DNA of 64,000 nucleotides, from the NCBI GenBank assembly GCA_963815345.1, contig CAWFGF010000002.1, forward strand, positions 484,169 to 548,168, given 5' to 3'. Shown piece after piece: positions 1 to 11,088 of this stretch; position 1 is the first letter of the stretch; each line of letters starts with the position of its first letter. This DNA comes from an uncultured Alphaproteobacteria bacterium. Its GTDB lineage: Bacteria; Pseudomonadota; Alphaproteobacteria; Sphingomonadales; Sphingomonadaceae. A program made the position numbers and the translations under genes. The notes under the pieces were generated by a model that had not been told where the DNA came from, did not search any database, and was given only the letters and a program-made list of their open reading frames with translations.

Positions 1-588
1 TCGGCTTACAAAATATCCGATAAAAGCAGTGACGATGATCAGCACCATGGATGTTTCGACGTTAACGAATCCCGCCAGAATGGTTCCAGCCAGGATTGCG
101 ATATATGTGCCCGCCTCAACCAGGCCGGTGCCGGGCAAAACCTCATCCTTTTTCAGATGCTGGGGCAGGATAGAATACTTGATCGGTCCCAGAAAAGTGG
201 ACTGTGCGGCGGCAAGGAACACCACGAACAGCAAAAGCGGAATGGCAACGCTTTCGACCGCAATGCCCTGCCACGCCATGAACAAACCGACAGCACCGAT
301 AGTGGCCCAGCCAATTTCGCACAGTTTGACCCGGCGGATGATCATCGCCTTGTCATAGGTGTCGGCCAACTGCCCGGCCAATGCGGACAGAATGACGAAT
401 GGCAGGATGAAAATACCGGTCGCAAGGCCGCTGAACAGCGCTTCCTGCTGTTCGTCGTTATAAACTGTGTACACGACAAACAGGACCAGCGCGGTCTTGT
501 ACAGGTTATCGTTGAAAGCGTTGAAGAACTGCGTCGCCATGAGCGGCAGGAACCGCCGTCGGCGCAAGAGGCGCGTCGATGTAGTCAT
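1..588 (-). CDS. MFS-type lysophospholipid transporter (LplT-like), N-terminal part; the gene continues beyond the window start
   Basis: Absent from the ORF track because it runs off the edge. The reverse complement from ATG (comp. 586-588) reads MTTSTRLLRRRRFLPLMATQFFNAFNDNLYKTALVLFVV...LSALAGQLADTYDKAMIIRR with several hydrophobic helices. The + strand ORFs 29-358 and 157-624 look like shadows. Confidence 0.6.
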   Translation of the reverse strand, partial: MTTSTRLLRRRRFLPLMATQFFNAFNDNLYKTALVLFVVYTVYNDEQQEALFSGLATGIFILPFVILSALAGQLADTYDKAMIIRRVKLCEIGWATIGAVGLFMAWQGIAVESVAIPLLLFVVFLAAAQSTFLGPIKYSILPQHLKKDEVLPGTGLVEAGTYIAILAGTILAGFVNVETSMVLIIVTAFIGYFVSR

Positions 589-761
589 ATTCTTCTTCGC
601 CGCTCCCCGATTGATGTCACATAGCGTCTGCGTGGTGGGGCACAAGTCTGTTCGTCCGAGCCGTATCGAAGGGGCACGGGACGCGGGCGTCACTGCCGCT
701 CTTTTGGGCAAAACCATGCTTGAGTGCTTTTGCGAAACGGCTGCGGGCGCTAAGCGATCAA

Positions 762-1373
762 ATGATGCTTACCTTGCCAAACATCCTTACGCTTAGCCGG
801 ATCATGGCTCTACCGCTGCTCGGGTTCTTTCTATGGTGGCCCGAATGGCGCGCGGGTTATGCAATCGGGTTCGTGCTGTATTGCCTGATCGCGATCACCG
901 ATTTCTTCGACGGCTATCTGGCGCGGGCGCAGGGTACGGTATCGAAACTGGGAATGTTCCTCGATCCGATCGCGGACAAGATCATGGTGGCTACAGTCAT
1001 TCTGGTACTTACCGCCCAAGGATACCTGCGCGGGCCTTATGTAGGCGACATGCATGTCATTGCAGGGCTAATCATTCTGATGCGCGAGATTGCGGTCAGC
1101 GGTCTGCGTGAATTTCTGGGTGGCATTCAGGTCTCGGTCCCCGTTTCGCGCCTCGCCAAGTGGAAAACGACGTTTCAGCTGGTCGCGCTGGCTGCGCTGA
1201 TTGCGGGCGGCGCTGTGCATGGTCAGCCGTGCCAGGCGGTGGGGGTGCCCTGCACGACAATCGCGGAAAGCTGGATCCACATTATCGGGCTGACCGCGTT
1301 GTGGGCTGCCGCTGCACTCACCTGCATTACCGGCTGGGATTATTTGCGGGTCGGCCTCAAACACATGGATTAG
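762..1373 (+). CDS. pgsA: CDP-diacylglycerol--glycerol-3-phosphate 3-phosphatidyltransferase
   Basis: CDP-alcohol phosphatidyltransferase motif DFFDGYLARAQGTVSKLGMFLDPIADK plus multiple TM helices. The track ORF starts at TTG 720; ATG 762 (MMLTLPNILT) is the more likely start. Confidence 0.85.
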   Translation: MMLTLPNILTLSRIMALPLLGFFLWWPEWRAGYAIGFVLYCLIAITDFFDGYLARAQGTVSKLGMFLDPIADKIMVATVILVLTAQGYLRGPYVGDMHVIAGLIILMREIAVSGLREFLGGIQVSVPVSRLAKWKTTFQLVALAALIAGGAVHGQPCQAVGVPCTTIAESWIHIIGLTALWAAAALTCITGWDYLRVGLKHMD

Positions 1374-1619
1374 AGCATGGGCTTGGGACCGGGGTTTCAG
1401 TCTGGGACAGGGCGTTTTCAGGGCCGGTCGGACCGCTGCCTGTTGTACCGGATAAACGCCCTGTCGCCGTTTTCGGTCCGGTGATCGGGCGCGGAAGGGG
1501 TGTTTGCCATGCTGTTAATCTGGCGGACAGAAAACTGTGACAGATGACCGTTCGAACCCGGCGGGTGTGCCATTCTGGCACCCTTTAATGCACCCGCTCA
1601 GGATGAAAGGAGGTCTGCA

Positions 1620-2525
1620 ATGAACGCCATTTCTAATTCGCGCACGACACTTGCCATGATCGCTCTGATGGCCACGGCCATTCCAGGCATCGCATTTGCC
1701 CAACAGGAAGTCGATGATAGCGAGGGCCGGGTGCTAACGACCGTTTATGGCTCCGCTCCCGAAGATCTTTCCAGCTTTCCCGCAGGCCCGGACGTCGAAG
1801 GATTTGTCTCCGCACGCGATGGGGACAAGGTGTCGGTGACCACCGCCGATGGTACGACCACCACTGTCACGGTGGGTGCAGGCACCCAAATCAGGGCCAA
1901 AAGCGGTTTCCTCGGCCTTGGCCGCGACAAGCTGGGTCTCGATCAATTGCTAAATGGTGTGCCCGTGCAGATGGAAACGGTCCAGTGGGGCAGCGGCCTT
2001 GTCGCCAGCAAGGTTCGCCTCAGTTCCGGCGATCTGGAAACGGCGCAGATGATCCGCAACGGCACCTCGCAGAAATTTGCTCAACAAGGCGCTGCGATCG
2101 AGGAAAACGCAATCGCGACCGAAGCTTTGCGCGGCCGCTTTGGTGATATCGACCAGTACAACGTCAAGGGCACGACTAATGTCTATTTCGACACTGGTAA
2201 ATACAACCTGTCCGATCAGGCACGCAACGAATTGTGCGCCGCCGCTGCGCAGGCGGAAACGACCGATAACGCACTACTGCTGGTGGTGGGTTACACCGAT
2301 TCGACCGGCAGTTATGAGGTCAATCAGGAACTGAGTGAAAAGCGCGCGAGCCGGGTGGTGAACTATCTCCAGCAGCAGTGCGGGTGGAAGCCTTTCCGTA
2401 TGTTGACCCCCACCGGCATGGCCGCGTCGGATCCGGCAGCTGACAATTCTACCCCTTACGGCAAGGCGCAAAATCGCCGCGTCGCGGTGAACGTTCTGGT
2501 GAGCAAGAGCGTCGACGGGCTGTAG
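1620..2525 (+). CDS. OmpA-family outer-membrane/peptidoglycan-associated protein
   Basis: Signal peptide MIALMATAIPGIAFAQQ. C-terminal OmpA/MotB domain LLLVVGYTDSTGSYEVNQELSEKRASRVVNYL...NRRVAVNV. Confidence 0.8.
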   Translation: MNAISNSRTTLAMIALMATAIPGIAFAQQEVDDSEGRVLTTVYGSAPEDLSSFPAGPDVEGFVSARDGDKVSVTTADGTTTTVTVGAGTQIRAKSGFLGLGRDKLGLDQLLNGVPVQMETVQWGSGLVASKVRLSSGDLETAQMIRNGTSQKFAQQGAAIEENAIATEALRGRFGDIDQYNVKGTTNVYFDTGKYNLSDQARNELCAAAAQAETTDNALLLVVGYTDSTGSYEVNQELSEKRASRVVNYLQQQCGWKPFRMLTPTGMAASDPAADNSTPYGKAQNRRVAVNVLVSKSVDGL

Positions 2526-2547
2526 TATCGGCTAGTTCGAAGATCGA

Positions 2548-2579
2548 GGGCAGGTCCGTTGGGGCCTGCCCTTTTTTTT
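2548..2579 (+). terminator. Rho-independent terminator after the OmpA-family gene
   Basis: gggcagg-N10-cctgccc hairpin (2548-2571) followed by T8 (2572-2579). Confidence 0.7.
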
Positions 2580-2870
2580 AGCGGTTGCGGCTTTGTTTAC
2601 TGGTCCGATAACCGCATCTTGGCGCCTCACAACCTTGTGGAGGCTCTACCATCGCCGGCAACGGTAAGATCTTCTGCCGATCCCGCTTGCTTATCGCAAA
2701 CCGCCAACTTTAAATCCGTACTATTTATATGAGATGCACTACGAAACCGAGGCCTGAAATGTCTCGTATCAAAGGACACGAGCCACAGGCCGTACTAAGT
2801 TGGGTGCGTATTGTCCGCAGCCTGGAATTCGTCGCCAGCGCAAACTTCTTTTCAGTGCGGAGAGCTTGCC

Positions 2871-3152
2871 TCAGGTACCGGGCGACTGGCGGTCATCATC
2901 ATCGTCGTTTACATCGACGATGATCAACACAATTCCCGCCAACCACAGCCCGGCGAGAAAGTACGCGAACACATTTCCACCGCGACCAAGTTCCTCGCCA
3001 TTCGCCTGACGTCCGGCGCCCGGCTGTGAGGCAGGTGCAGCGTAAGCCACCGAGCTATCGCTTGCACGCGTGTTTGCCTGCGCGGCGACGGGCGCGATTG
3101 CCATGGACGCTGCAGCAAATGCGATGGCGGAATGTGATATCATTTTCAGCAT
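2871..3152 (-). CDS. Small secreted/membrane-anchored hypothetical protein
   Basis: Signal-peptide-like N-terminus MISHSAIAFAAASMAIAPVAAQA. C-terminal TM helix FAYFLAGLWLAGIVLIIV followed by an acidic tail. GAGGG lies upstream of the ATG. Confidence 0.4.
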   Translation of the reverse strand: MLKMISHSAIAFAAASMAIAPVAAQANTRASDSSVAYAAPASQPGAGRQANGEELGRGGNVFAYFLAGLWLAGIVLIIVDVNDDDDDRQSPGT

Positions 3153-3275
3153 GAATTACCCTCGTTGTTGAGTGGCTTTACCACACTCATCCAACCAAAC
3201 GCTTAACAGGTTGGAGGTTTCCGACAGGATGGGTCAAATACGCGGTGGGGAGTTTGCCGTGGGTCGAAACGGCCG

Positions 3276-4172
3276 CTAGCCCGCTCGCAACTCCTGTGCG
3301 AGCAGACGAAAATCGGCCTCTCGCGGCGAATTCTTGCGCCATGCCAGTACGATTTCACGGACTGCGGTATCGCTTTCAACCGGGCGCGCGACAACCCGTG
3401 TGCCGTTCAGAATACCTGCGTCGATGGCCATTTCGGGCAGCATGGTGAGGCCCAGGTCATTGTCTACCATTTGCACCAGAGTGTGCAGGCTGGTCCCGAT
3501 CATGGTGGCGCTGGCGCGCAGTTCGGCCCGGTTGCACGCCGCCAGCGCATGGTCGCGCAGGCAGTGGCCATCCTCCAGCAACATCAATCGGCCCTGATCG
3601 ATCATCGCGGGCGGGATGACGGCAGGCGGATCGCGTGGGTCGTCTTTGGGAAAGGCGACGAACAGCCGATCATTCGCGATGTGTTCCACATCCACTTCCC
3701 CGGTGTCGAACGGCAGCGCCAGCAGTACGCAATCGCTGCGCCCGTGTTGCAGCGATTCGATGGTATCGGCGCTGGTTTCTTCGCGCAGCATTAGTTTGAG
3801 ATCGGGCCGTTCCCGGCGCAGGCGTGGCAACAGGCGCGGCAGCACAAAGGGAGCGATGGTCGGGATCACGCTCATGCGCAATTCCCCTGAAAGCGGCTTT
3901 CCAGCGGCCTGCACCAGATCGGATAATTCCTCGGCTTCGCGCAGTAGCCGGTTCGCCTTGGCCACCACCTGTTCGCCCAGCGATGTAAAGCGCACCACCC
4001 GACGCGAGCGTTCAACCAATGTCACGCCCAACAGCGATTCCAATTCGCGAATGCCCGCGGACAACGTCGATTGCGACACAAAACTAGCATCCGCAGCGCG
4101 CCCAAAATGACCGTGTTCGTATAGCGCAACGAGATATTGCAGCTGCTTGATCGTAGGAAGATAGGTGCTCAT
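3276..4172 (-). CDS. oxyR: LysR-family peroxide-sensing regulator OxyR
   Basis: wHTH TIKQLQYLVALYEHGHFGRAADASFVSQSTLSAGIRELE. The motif LLEDGHCLRDHALAAC has two Cys spaced as C199/C208 of E. coli OxyR. Confidence 0.85.
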   Translation of the reverse strand: MSTYLPTIKQLQYLVALYEHGHFGRAADASFVSQSTLSAGIRELESLLGVTLVERSRRVVRFTSLGEQVVAKANRLLREAEELSDLVQAAGKPLSGELRMSVIPTIAPFVLPRLLPRLRRERPDLKLMLREETSADTIESLQHGRSDCVLLALPFDTGEVDVEHIANDRLFVAFPKDDPRDPPAVIPPAMIDQGRLMLLEDGHCLRDHALAACNRAELRASATMIGTSLHTLVQMVDNDLGLTMLPEMAIDAGILNGTRVVARPVESDTAVREIVLAWRKNSPREADFRLLAQELRAG

Positions 4173-4178
4173 ACGCGA

Positions 4179-5381
4179 CTATTCTGCCGCCAGAGCGTCT
4201 TCCATGCTCGATTGCATGTCGTCGATGTGGGTCATGGCCAATTTCCCGCTCTTTACTGCAAAGGCGAGCCGGCCCTCGACCAGTTCCAGCGCATCGCGAC
4301 CGAACACTTCATAACGCCAGCCCTGCAACACCGGTAGATCTCGCACCCCTGCGGCGAGAGCTTCCATCTCGTCCGCGCGCGTTAGCAGGCGGGCGGCGAC
4401 GTCGATTTCGCGCGCGCGGATCTTCAGCAGCAGTTTAAGTAGGTCCGCCACCAGCGCACCCTCTCGGCCAAGCGGTGCGCCGCGCTTCATTTTCTCTGGC
4501 ATTTCGGATTTCGGCAAAGGCTCGGCATCGGCGATGATTTTCATCAGGCGCTTGCCGATGTCGTTGTCTTTCCACGCGGACGAGAGCCCGCGCACCTTGG
4601 CCAGATCGGCCTGTTTCTTGGGCGGATGACTGGCAACGTCGGCCAGCGTTTCATCGCGCATGATCCGGCCGCGTGGAATATTCTTATGCTGCGCCTCACC
4701 TTCTCGCCATGCCGCCAATCCTTTCAGCCGGCCCAGCACCTGCGGGTTGCGCCCCGGCGAACGAATACGCTTCCATGCCATATCGGGATCGGTCACGTAA
4801 TTGGAAACTTCCGCCAGCTTTTCCATTTCCGCATCCAGCCACGCGCCGCGCCCGGTCTTGATCAGCTTTTTCAGGATCCTGGGAAAGATTTCGGATAGGT
4901 GTGTCACATCACCGATGGCGTATTCGATCTGCCGTTCTGTCAGCGGGCGGCGGCTCCAGTCGGTGAAGCGCGCGCCCTTGTCGATTTGCAGGCCCTGCCA
5001 CGTTTCGACCAGGTTGGCATAGCCGATCTGTTCGGACTGGCTGATCGCCATCATCGCAATCTGCGTGTCGAAAATTGGAAACGGCGTCTTGCCCGTCATG
5101 TTGACGATGATTTCAACATCCTGCCCGCCGGCGTGAAAGACTTTCAGCACGTCCTCATTCTCGCACATCAGGTTGAGCAGCGGCGAAAGGTCGATGCCGT
5201 CTGCCAGCGGATCAATCGCGGCGGCTTCTTCCGTGTTGGCGATCTGCACCAGGCACAGTTCAGGCCAATAGGTGTTTTCGCGCATGAATTCGGTGTCGAC
5301 GGCGACGAATTCGGATTTTGCCAGACGCTCGCACAAATCGGCCAGAACATCGGTGGTGGTAATCAGATCGTGAATTTTCAT
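4179..5381 (-). CDS. rnd: Ribonuclease D
   Basis: DEDD exonuclease motifs FVAVDTEFMRENTYWPELCLVQIA, FHAGGQDVEI and YAIGDVTHL. The 500-aa track ORF carries a roughly 100-aa non-homologous-looking extension, so ATG at comp. 5381 (MKIHDLITT) was chosen. Confidence 0.85.
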   Translation of the reverse strand: MKIHDLITTTDVLADLCERLAKSEFVAVDTEFMRENTYWPELCLVQIANTEEAAAIDPLADGIDLSPLLNLMCENEDVLKVFHAGGQDVEIIVNMTGKTPFPIFDTQIAMMAISQSEQIGYANLVETWQGLQIDKGARFTDWSRRPLTERQIEYAIGDVTHLSEIFPRILKKLIKTGRGAWLDAEMEKLAEVSNYVTDPDMAWKRIRSPGRNPQVLGRLKGLAAWREGEAQHKNIPRGRIMRDETLADVASHPPKKQADLAKVRGLSSAWKDNDIGKRLMKIIADAEPLPKSEMPEKMKRGAPLGREGALVADLLKLLLKIRAREIDVAARLLTRADEMEALAAGVRDLPVLQGWRYEVFGRDALELVEGRLAFAVKSGKLAMTHIDDMQSSMEDALAAE

Positions 5382-5549
5382 GTCATCTTCTTGGCTTTGA
5401 GCGGAGTGCCGCTCGCGGGGTTGTCCCAAAGGTGCGTCAATCTTGACAAAGCAACCGGTGTGCCCTGTTAGCGCGCCGAACATACGTGTAGGGCGTGCGA
5501 TCAATGCCGCGCCCTTTGCGCTATACCCTCGAACAGGACAAGAGTTTAG

Positions 5550-7337
5550 ATGCACCTTTACCGTTCCCATACTTGTGCCCAGCTTTCCGCCGCCAATGTC
5601 GGCGAGACCGTCCGGCTTTCGGGCTGGATGCACAGAAAGCGCGATCATGGCGGCGTGCTGTTCGTCGATCTGCGCGATCATTATGGCATCACCCAGATCG
5701 TCGCGGACGAAGACAGCCCGGCGCTGGCGGTGCTGGAAAAGCTGCGGCCTGAAAGCGTCATCACCATTGATGGCGAGGTGAAGGCGCGCGTGCCCGATAC
5801 CGTGAACAAGAATTTGCCAACCGGCGCGATTGAGGTGTTTGCCCGCGCGATCACGGTGCAGAGCGCGGCGGAAGAGCTGCCAATGCCGGTTGCGGATGAA
5901 CAGCCATATCCCGAGGATATCCGCCTCAAATACCGGTTTCTCGATCTGCGGCGCGAGACGCTACATTCTAACCTGATGAAGCGCACGAAGATCGTTGCCG
6001 ACATCCGCCAGCGCATGACCGCCAGCGGCTTCAACGAGTTTTCGACTCCGATCCTGACGGCCTCCAGCCCCGAAGGTGCGCGTGATTTCCTAGTGCCCAG
6101 CCGCATCCACCCCGGCACGTTCTATGCGCTTCCGCAAGCACCGCAGCAGTACAAGCAATTGCTGATGGTCGCCGGGTTCGATCGGTATTTTCAGATCGCC
6201 CCATGCTTCCGCGACGAAGACCCACGCGCTGATCGTCTGCCGGGCGAATTCTATCAGCTCGATCTCGAAATGAGTTTCGTCACGCAGGAAGAGGTGTGGG
6301 ACACGATTGAGCCGGTGATGGCAGGCGTGTTCGAGGCATTTGCCGATGGCAAGCCGGTGACACCAGCGGGCCAATTTCCGCGCATTCCCCATGCAGAGGC
6401 GATGTTGAAATACGGCAGTGACAAGCCAGACCTGCGCAATCCGCTGATTATATCGGATGTCACCAGCCACTTTGAAAAATCGGGTTTTGGCCTGTTTGAG
6501 AAGATCGTGGGCGGTGGCGGGCGCGTGCGCGTGATCCCGGCCCCGAACACAAACGAAAAGAGCCGCAAGTTCTTCGACGACATGAACGACTGGGCGCGCA
6601 AGGAGGGGTCTGCAGGGCTTGGCTATGTCACGCGCAAAGGCGGTGAATTCGGCGGTCCGATCGCCAAGAACCACGGGCCAGAGCGCATGGCAGAGCTTTA
6701 TGAAGAGCTGGGACTGGGAGAGAACGACGGACTGTTCTTCGCGGCCGGAAAGGAAGCCGACGCGGCCAAGCTGGCCGGTGCCGCGCGCATTCAGGTTGGC
6801 GAGCAACTAGGTCTGATCGACGAGGACCGCTTCGAACTTGCGTGGATCATCGACTTTCCGTTCTATGAGTACGATGACGATGCCAAGAAAGTCGACTTCT
6901 CGCACAACCCGTTTTCCATGCCACAGGGCGAACTGGAGGCGTTGGAGACGCAAGACCCGCTTACCATCAACGCCTATCAATATGACCTGGTGTGCAACGG
7001 CTTTGAAATTGCATCGGGTTCGATCCGCAATCACAAGCCCGAAACCATGGTCAAGGCGTTCGAGATCGTGGGGCTGTCAAAAGCTGACGTTGAAGAACAG
7101 TTTGGCGGGATGTATCGCGCGTTTCAGTATGGCGCGCCCCCGCATGGCGGGATGGCTGCGGGGGTTGATCGCATCGTGATGCTGCTGTGCGGGGCGAAGA
7201 ACCTGCGCGAAGTCACACTGTTCCCGATGAACCAACGTGCAGAGGATCTGTTGATGGGCGCGCCAACACGGCCAGCACCGACGCAACTGCGCGAGTTGCA
7301 TTTGCGCGTTGTGGAACCGCCGAAAAAAGAGGGTTAG
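5550..7337 (+). CDS. aspS: Aspartate--tRNA ligase
   Basis: [13 protein letters not shown]-terminus with an OB-fold. Class II motifs [26 protein letters not shown] and [14 protein letters not shown]. Confidence 0.95.
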   Translation: MHLYRSHTCAQLSAANVGETVRLSGWMHRKRDHGGVLFVDLRDHYGITQIVADEDSPALAVLEKLRPESVITIDGEVKARVPDTVNKNLPTGAIEVFARAITVQSAAEELPMPVADEQPYPEDIRLKYRFLDLRRETLHSNLMKRTKIVADIRQRMTASGFNEFSTPILTASSPEGARDFLVPSRIHPGTFYALPQAPQQYKQLLMVAGFDRYFQIAPCFRDEDPRADRLPGEFYQLDLEMSFVTQEEVWDTIEPVMAGVFEAFADGKPVTPAGQFPRIPHAEAMLKYGSDKPDLRNPLIISDVTSHFEKSGFGLFEKIVGGGGRVRVIPAPNTNEKSRKFFDDMNDWARKEGSAGLGYVTRKGGEFGGPIAKNHGPERMAELYEELGLGENDGLFFAAGKEADAAKLAGAARIQVGEQLGLIDEDRFELAWIIDFPFYEYDDDAKKVDFSHNPFSMPQGELEALETQDPLTINAYQYDLVCNGFEIASGSIRNHKPETMVKAFEIVGLSKADVEEQFGGMYRAFQYGAPPHGGMAAGVDRIVMLLCGAKNLREVTLFPMNQRAEDLLMGAPTRPAPTQLRELHLRVVEPPKKEG

Positions 7338-7369
7338 TGATTTTCCGCTTATTGACTGGGCAAACGAAG

Positions 7370-7403
7370 AAGAGCGCGGAGCCTGTCGGTCCGCGCTCTT
7401 TTT
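7370..7403 (+). terminator. Rho-independent terminator after aspS
   Basis: aagagcgcgga-N9-tccgcgctctt hairpin followed by a T-run. Confidence 0.6.
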
Positions 7404-7520
7404 GAACAATCAGAGAACGCTTGAACAGTTGATGTGGAAATCCTAGGTCTTTCCACAGCGGTTCAAAGGCCCTGACCATTTTCCGCACTGAATTGCGTCT
7501 CGCAATCGTGCGCATTACGC

Positions 7521-7964
7521 TTAGGCGTTTGCGTACTGCTGCTTCAGCATATCGGTGAAACGTTCACCGTCGCGAATGTCCTTGTATGCCTTTTCGATTA
7601 CAGAGCGAACATTTACGTCCAGTCGCGCATCGTCTTCGAGTGCGTCGCGGAACTTGCCGGCGATATAGTCCTCGCCTTCTTCCACCCGCGCAACAACCGC
7701 GTCGTCGCCCCTGGAGAATGCATCTGTAATTCTTGACCAAAGTTCATGCGCCTGACGCGATACGCTTTGGGACGTCACAGCTTCCTGGCCATGGTCGATA
7801 AGTGCGCGGTTTAGCGTAGAGAGTGTCTGTGCTCGCATATCACGACGGCGTTCCAAGGCGCTCTTCAGAGCAGGCGTATCCGCTTTGTCAGCGGCCTTTG
7901 AATATCCGTCGACTGAGTCGCGGGTAATTTGGGTAAGATCTTTGAGGATTTCAATATTGTTCAT
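7521..7964 (-). CDS. PA2169/DUF2383-like four-helix-bundle (ferritin-like) protein
   Basis: 147 aa, all-helical. The N-terminus NNIEILKDLTQITRDSVDGYSKAA resembles this family as recalled from memory. Confidence 0.65.
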   Translation of the reverse strand: MNNIEILKDLTQITRDSVDGYSKAADKADTPALKSALERRRDMRAQTLSTLNRALIDHGQEAVTSQSVSRQAHELWSRITDAFSRGDDAVVARVEEGEDYIAGKFRDALEDDARLDVNVRSVIEKAYKDIRDGERFTDMLKQQYANA

Positions 7965-8368
7965 GGGTCTCCTTACTAGAGTGTTCTATTTGTTTTCGTT
8001 GAGACGCCGATTGCGCCGTGCTTATATCATATCAACGGTCTTAAACCACGAATTGTTCCGAGGAATTGTATTTAATTAGGGATTGTTAACCTTGTCAGAC
8101 TCGGCCTTCATTTTCCGTCGTCAGAACGGCATCTATCACAGAAGGTGAGGTTACTCTTCAGCGAGGGGATCTATCAATGCGCGATTTGGGGAGCCCATGC
8201 TTTCCCGGATGGCCACTCACGAAATCTGTGCAGAATGCATTCGTCCGTTCCGTCGATCGGTGCACTAATTGCATTCCAAGTTTGCGAACATAGCTATCCC
8301 CCTTGCCAGCGTGACTGGCGTTCATTAGGGCGAAAGGCAATTCAACACCCGACATAAGAGGGATACAC

Positions 8369-8605
8369 ATGAGCGATACTGCCGACCGCGTGCAGAAAAT
8401 TGTTGTCGAACATCTCGGCGTTGAGAGCGACAAGGTCACCCAGGACGCAAGTTTCATTGATGATCTGGGCGCTGACAGCCTCGACATCGTTGAGCTGGTT
8501 ATGGCATTTGAAGAGGAATTCGGCGTCGAAATCCCCGATGATGCGGCCGAAAAGATCACGACCGTCGGCGACGCGACGAAATATATCGAAGAGCACAAGG
8601 GCTAA
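8369..8605 (+). CDS. acpP: Acyl carrier protein
   Basis: 78 aa with the phosphopantetheine site [20 protein letters not shown]. Confidence 0.95.
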   Translation: MSDTADRVQKIVVEHLGVESDKVTQDASFIDDLGADSLDIVELVMAFEEEFGVEIPDDAAEKITTVGDATKYIEEHKG

Positions 8606-8760
8606 GCCCGCGAGTTCTTGCCCGTGTTCCCGCTCCCACGATCGGGGCCGGTTGTCTTGCCATGCGATCCATAATGGTGATGCTGGTGAAGTGAATGCAG
8701 GGCTTTGACAGGCTCAGTCCCGCACCGGGCCTGAGCCTGTTTTCCTTTGTGGAGAAAGAA

Positions 8761-10020
8761 ATGCGCCGTGTTGTCGTAACCGGACTTGGACTTGTCACCC
8801 CGCTTGGGGGCGATGTCGAAACCAGCTGGAAAAACTTGATCGCGGGCGAAAGCGGCGCGGGTCAGATCACGCGCTTTGATGCGTCGAACCAGAAATGCAC
8901 GATCGCGTGCGAGGTTAAACCAAAGGATCATCCATGGGGCTTTGATCCTGACAAGCGCGTCGATCACAAGGTTCAGCGGCAGGTCGATCCGTTCATCATC
9001 TACGGCATCGATGCCGCCGGGCAGGCGCTGGAAGATGCGGGCCTTACCGACATGACCCAGGCCGAAAAAGAGCGCACAGGCTGCTCAATCGGATCGGGCA
9101 TTGGCGGGTTGCCGGGGATCGAGAGCGAAAGCATCGTCCTGCATGAACGAGGTCCGGGACGCGTATCCCCGCACTTTGTTCATGGTCGCCTGATCAACCT
9201 CATCACTGGGCAGGTGCAGATCAAATATGGCTTTATGGGGCCAAACCACGCTGTTGTGACGGCGTGTTCGACCGGAGCACACTCGATTGGCGATGCCGCG
9301 CGCATGATCGCAATGGACGATGCCGATGTGATGCTGGCAGGCGGCGCTGAGGGCACGATCAACCCGCTTGGCATTGCCGGGTTCGCGCAGGCGCGCGCTC
9401 TCAACATGAGCATGAATGACCGCCCGACCGAAGCTAGCCGTCCCTACGACAAGGACCGCGATGGCTTTGTCATGGGCGAGGGCGCAGGCGTGATCGTGCT
9501 GGAGGAATACGAGCGGGCCAAGGCGCGCGGCGCGACCATCTATGCCGAAGTCACAGGATACGGCCTTTCGGGCGACGCATACCATGTCACCGCCCCCCAT
9601 CCCGAGGGCCGGGGTGCGGAACTGGCGATGCGCATGGCGCTGAAAAAGGCTGGCCTTGGACCGGGCGAGATCGACTATGTGAACGCGCACGGGACCAGCA
9701 CGATGGCCGACACGATCGAACTGGCGGCGGTGATGCGCGTGCTGGGCAATGATCTGGGCGGCGCCTCGATGAGCTCAACCAAGAGTGCCATCGGGCACCT
9801 GCTTGGCGGCGCGGGGGCGGTGGAGGCAGTGTTCTGTATCCTTGCCATGCGCGACGGCGTGGTTCCACCAACGCTCAACCTGCACAATCCCGATGACGGG
9901 ACCGAGGGGATCGACCTTGTACCGCTCAAGGCGAAGCACCGCGAGGTGCGCGCCGTGCTGAACAATTCGTTCGGCTTTGGCGGCACGAACGCCTCGCTCA
10001 TCATGCAGAAGGTTGACTGA
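8761..10020 (+). CDS. fabF: Beta-ketoacyl-ACP synthase II
   Basis: MRRVVVTGLGLVTPLG; active-site AVVTACSTGAHSIG; VNAHGTSTMADT; NSFGFGGTNASL. ATG 8761 is preceded by GGAGAAAG, so the track start at 8695 is an upstream extension. Confidence 0.95.
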   Translation: MRRVVVTGLGLVTPLGGDVETSWKNLIAGESGAGQITRFDASNQKCTIACEVKPKDHPWGFDPDKRVDHKVQRQVDPFIIYGIDAAGQALEDAGLTDMTQAEKERTGCSIGSGIGGLPGIESESIVLHERGPGRVSPHFVHGRLINLITGQVQIKYGFMGPNHAVVTACSTGAHSIGDAARMIAMDDADVMLAGGAEGTINPLGIAGFAQARALNMSMNDRPTEASRPYDKDRDGFVMGEGAGVIVLEEYERAKARGATIYAEVTGYGLSGDAYHVTAPHPEGRGAELAMRMALKKAGLGPGEIDYVNAHGTSTMADTIELAAVMRVLGNDLGGASMSSTKSAIGHLLGGAGAVEAVFCILAMRDGVVPPTLNLHNPDDGTEGIDLVPLKAKHREVRAVLNNSFGFGGTNASLIMQKVD

Positions 10021-10021
10021 T

Positions 10022-10990
10022 ATGCGACGGATCGGGCTGCTGCTGGTAAGCCTGATCGTGCTGATCGGGGGAGGGACGCTGCTGGCGCAATCCTTCATCG
10101 GATCGGCGACGATTAACGAAGAGACGACTTTCACCATTCCTTCCGGCTCATCGCTGGGGGCGGTTGCGGAAAAGCTTGAGGAGGAGGGCCTGATTTCCTC
10201 TGCCGACGGTTTCTTGCTGCGGGCAAAGCTGTTTGGCTCATCTGATCCGATTCAGGCTGGTGAATTCGCGCTGGTGCCCGCCATGAGTCAGGGAGATATC
10301 CTCACAGCATTTCAGTCCGGCGATGTCATTCGCAGGTTTGTGACCGTGCCCGAAGGGATGCCTTCGATCCTCGTGCACGAGCGGTTGATGGCAGAGGAAT
10401 TGCTTACCGGCGACATACCGGTTCCGCCCGAAGGGTCTATCCTGCCAAACACCTACGCCTTTGAGCGAGGGCAAAGCCGTGCTTCCATCCTCGAACAGAT
10501 GCAGACCGCGATGGACAAGGCGCTGGCCGAAGAGTGGGCGAGGCGATCACCCAACACTGTGGTGGGGACGTTGCGAGAGGCGCTGATCCTCGCGTCGATC
10601 GTGGAAAAGGAAACGGGCAAGCCCGAGGAACGCCGGATGGTCGCAGGCCTGTACTCCAACCGGGTGAAAACCGGCATGTTGCTTCAGGCGGACCCGACCA
10701 TCATCTATCCGATCACCAAGGGCAAACCGCTGGGCCGCCGCATCCGCCAGTCGGAAATCGCGGCCATCAACGGCTATAACACCTACACCCGTGTCGGGCT
10801 GCCAGAGGGGCCGATCACCAATCCGGGTCGCGAAAGCATCGCCGCTGTGCTGAACCCGGCGGCAACCAGCGCGCTGTTCATGGTGGCGGACGGCACCGGA
10901 GGCCATGTTTTTGCAGATACGCTGGCAGAGCATAATTCCAACGTGGAGCAATGGTACCAACTGCGCCGCGAACGTGGCGAGATCGAATAG
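10022..10990 (+). CDS. mltG: Endolytic murein transglycosylase MltG (YceG-like)
   Basis: N-terminal TM helix LLLVSLIVLIGGG. Motifs LQADPTIIYP and YNTYTRVGLPEGPITNPG. The ATG lies 2 nt after the fabF stop. Confidence 0.9.
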   Translation: MRRIGLLLVSLIVLIGGGTLLAQSFIGSATINEETTFTIPSGSSLGAVAEKLEEEGLISSADGFLLRAKLFGSSDPIQAGEFALVPAMSQGDILTAFQSGDVIRRFVTVPEGMPSILVHERLMAEELLTGDIPVPPEGSILPNTYAFERGQSRASILEQMQTAMDKALAEEWARRSPNTVVGTLREALILASIVEKETGKPEERRMVAGLYSNRVKTGMLLQADPTIIYPITKGKPLGRRIRQSEIAAINGYNTYTRVGLPEGPITNPGRESIAAVLNPAATSALFMVADGTGGHVFADTLAEHNSNVEQWYQLRRERGEIE

Positions 10991-11088
10991 GCGCAATTTG
11001 TGCAGGAGCGTAAAGAGCATCGCCACGCTACGTCTCAGAATTGACATGACGAATGGGTATACCCCGTCGATTACGCGGGAGAAGACAC

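Noticed and set aside
5382-5681. N-terminal 100-aa extension of the 500-aa ORF containing rnd.
   Set aside because: RNase D homology starts at MKIHDLITT (ATG comp. 5381). The extension would run into the aspS promoter and 5' region, and looks non-protein-like.
8695-10021. Upstream-extended starts for fabF (8695) and mltG (9977), given by the longest-ORF rule.
   Set aside because: Conserved N-termini begin at ATG 8761 (MRRVVVTGLG, with an RBS) and ATG 10022 (MRRIGLLLV). The mltG extension would overlap the fabF 3' end by 44 nt.
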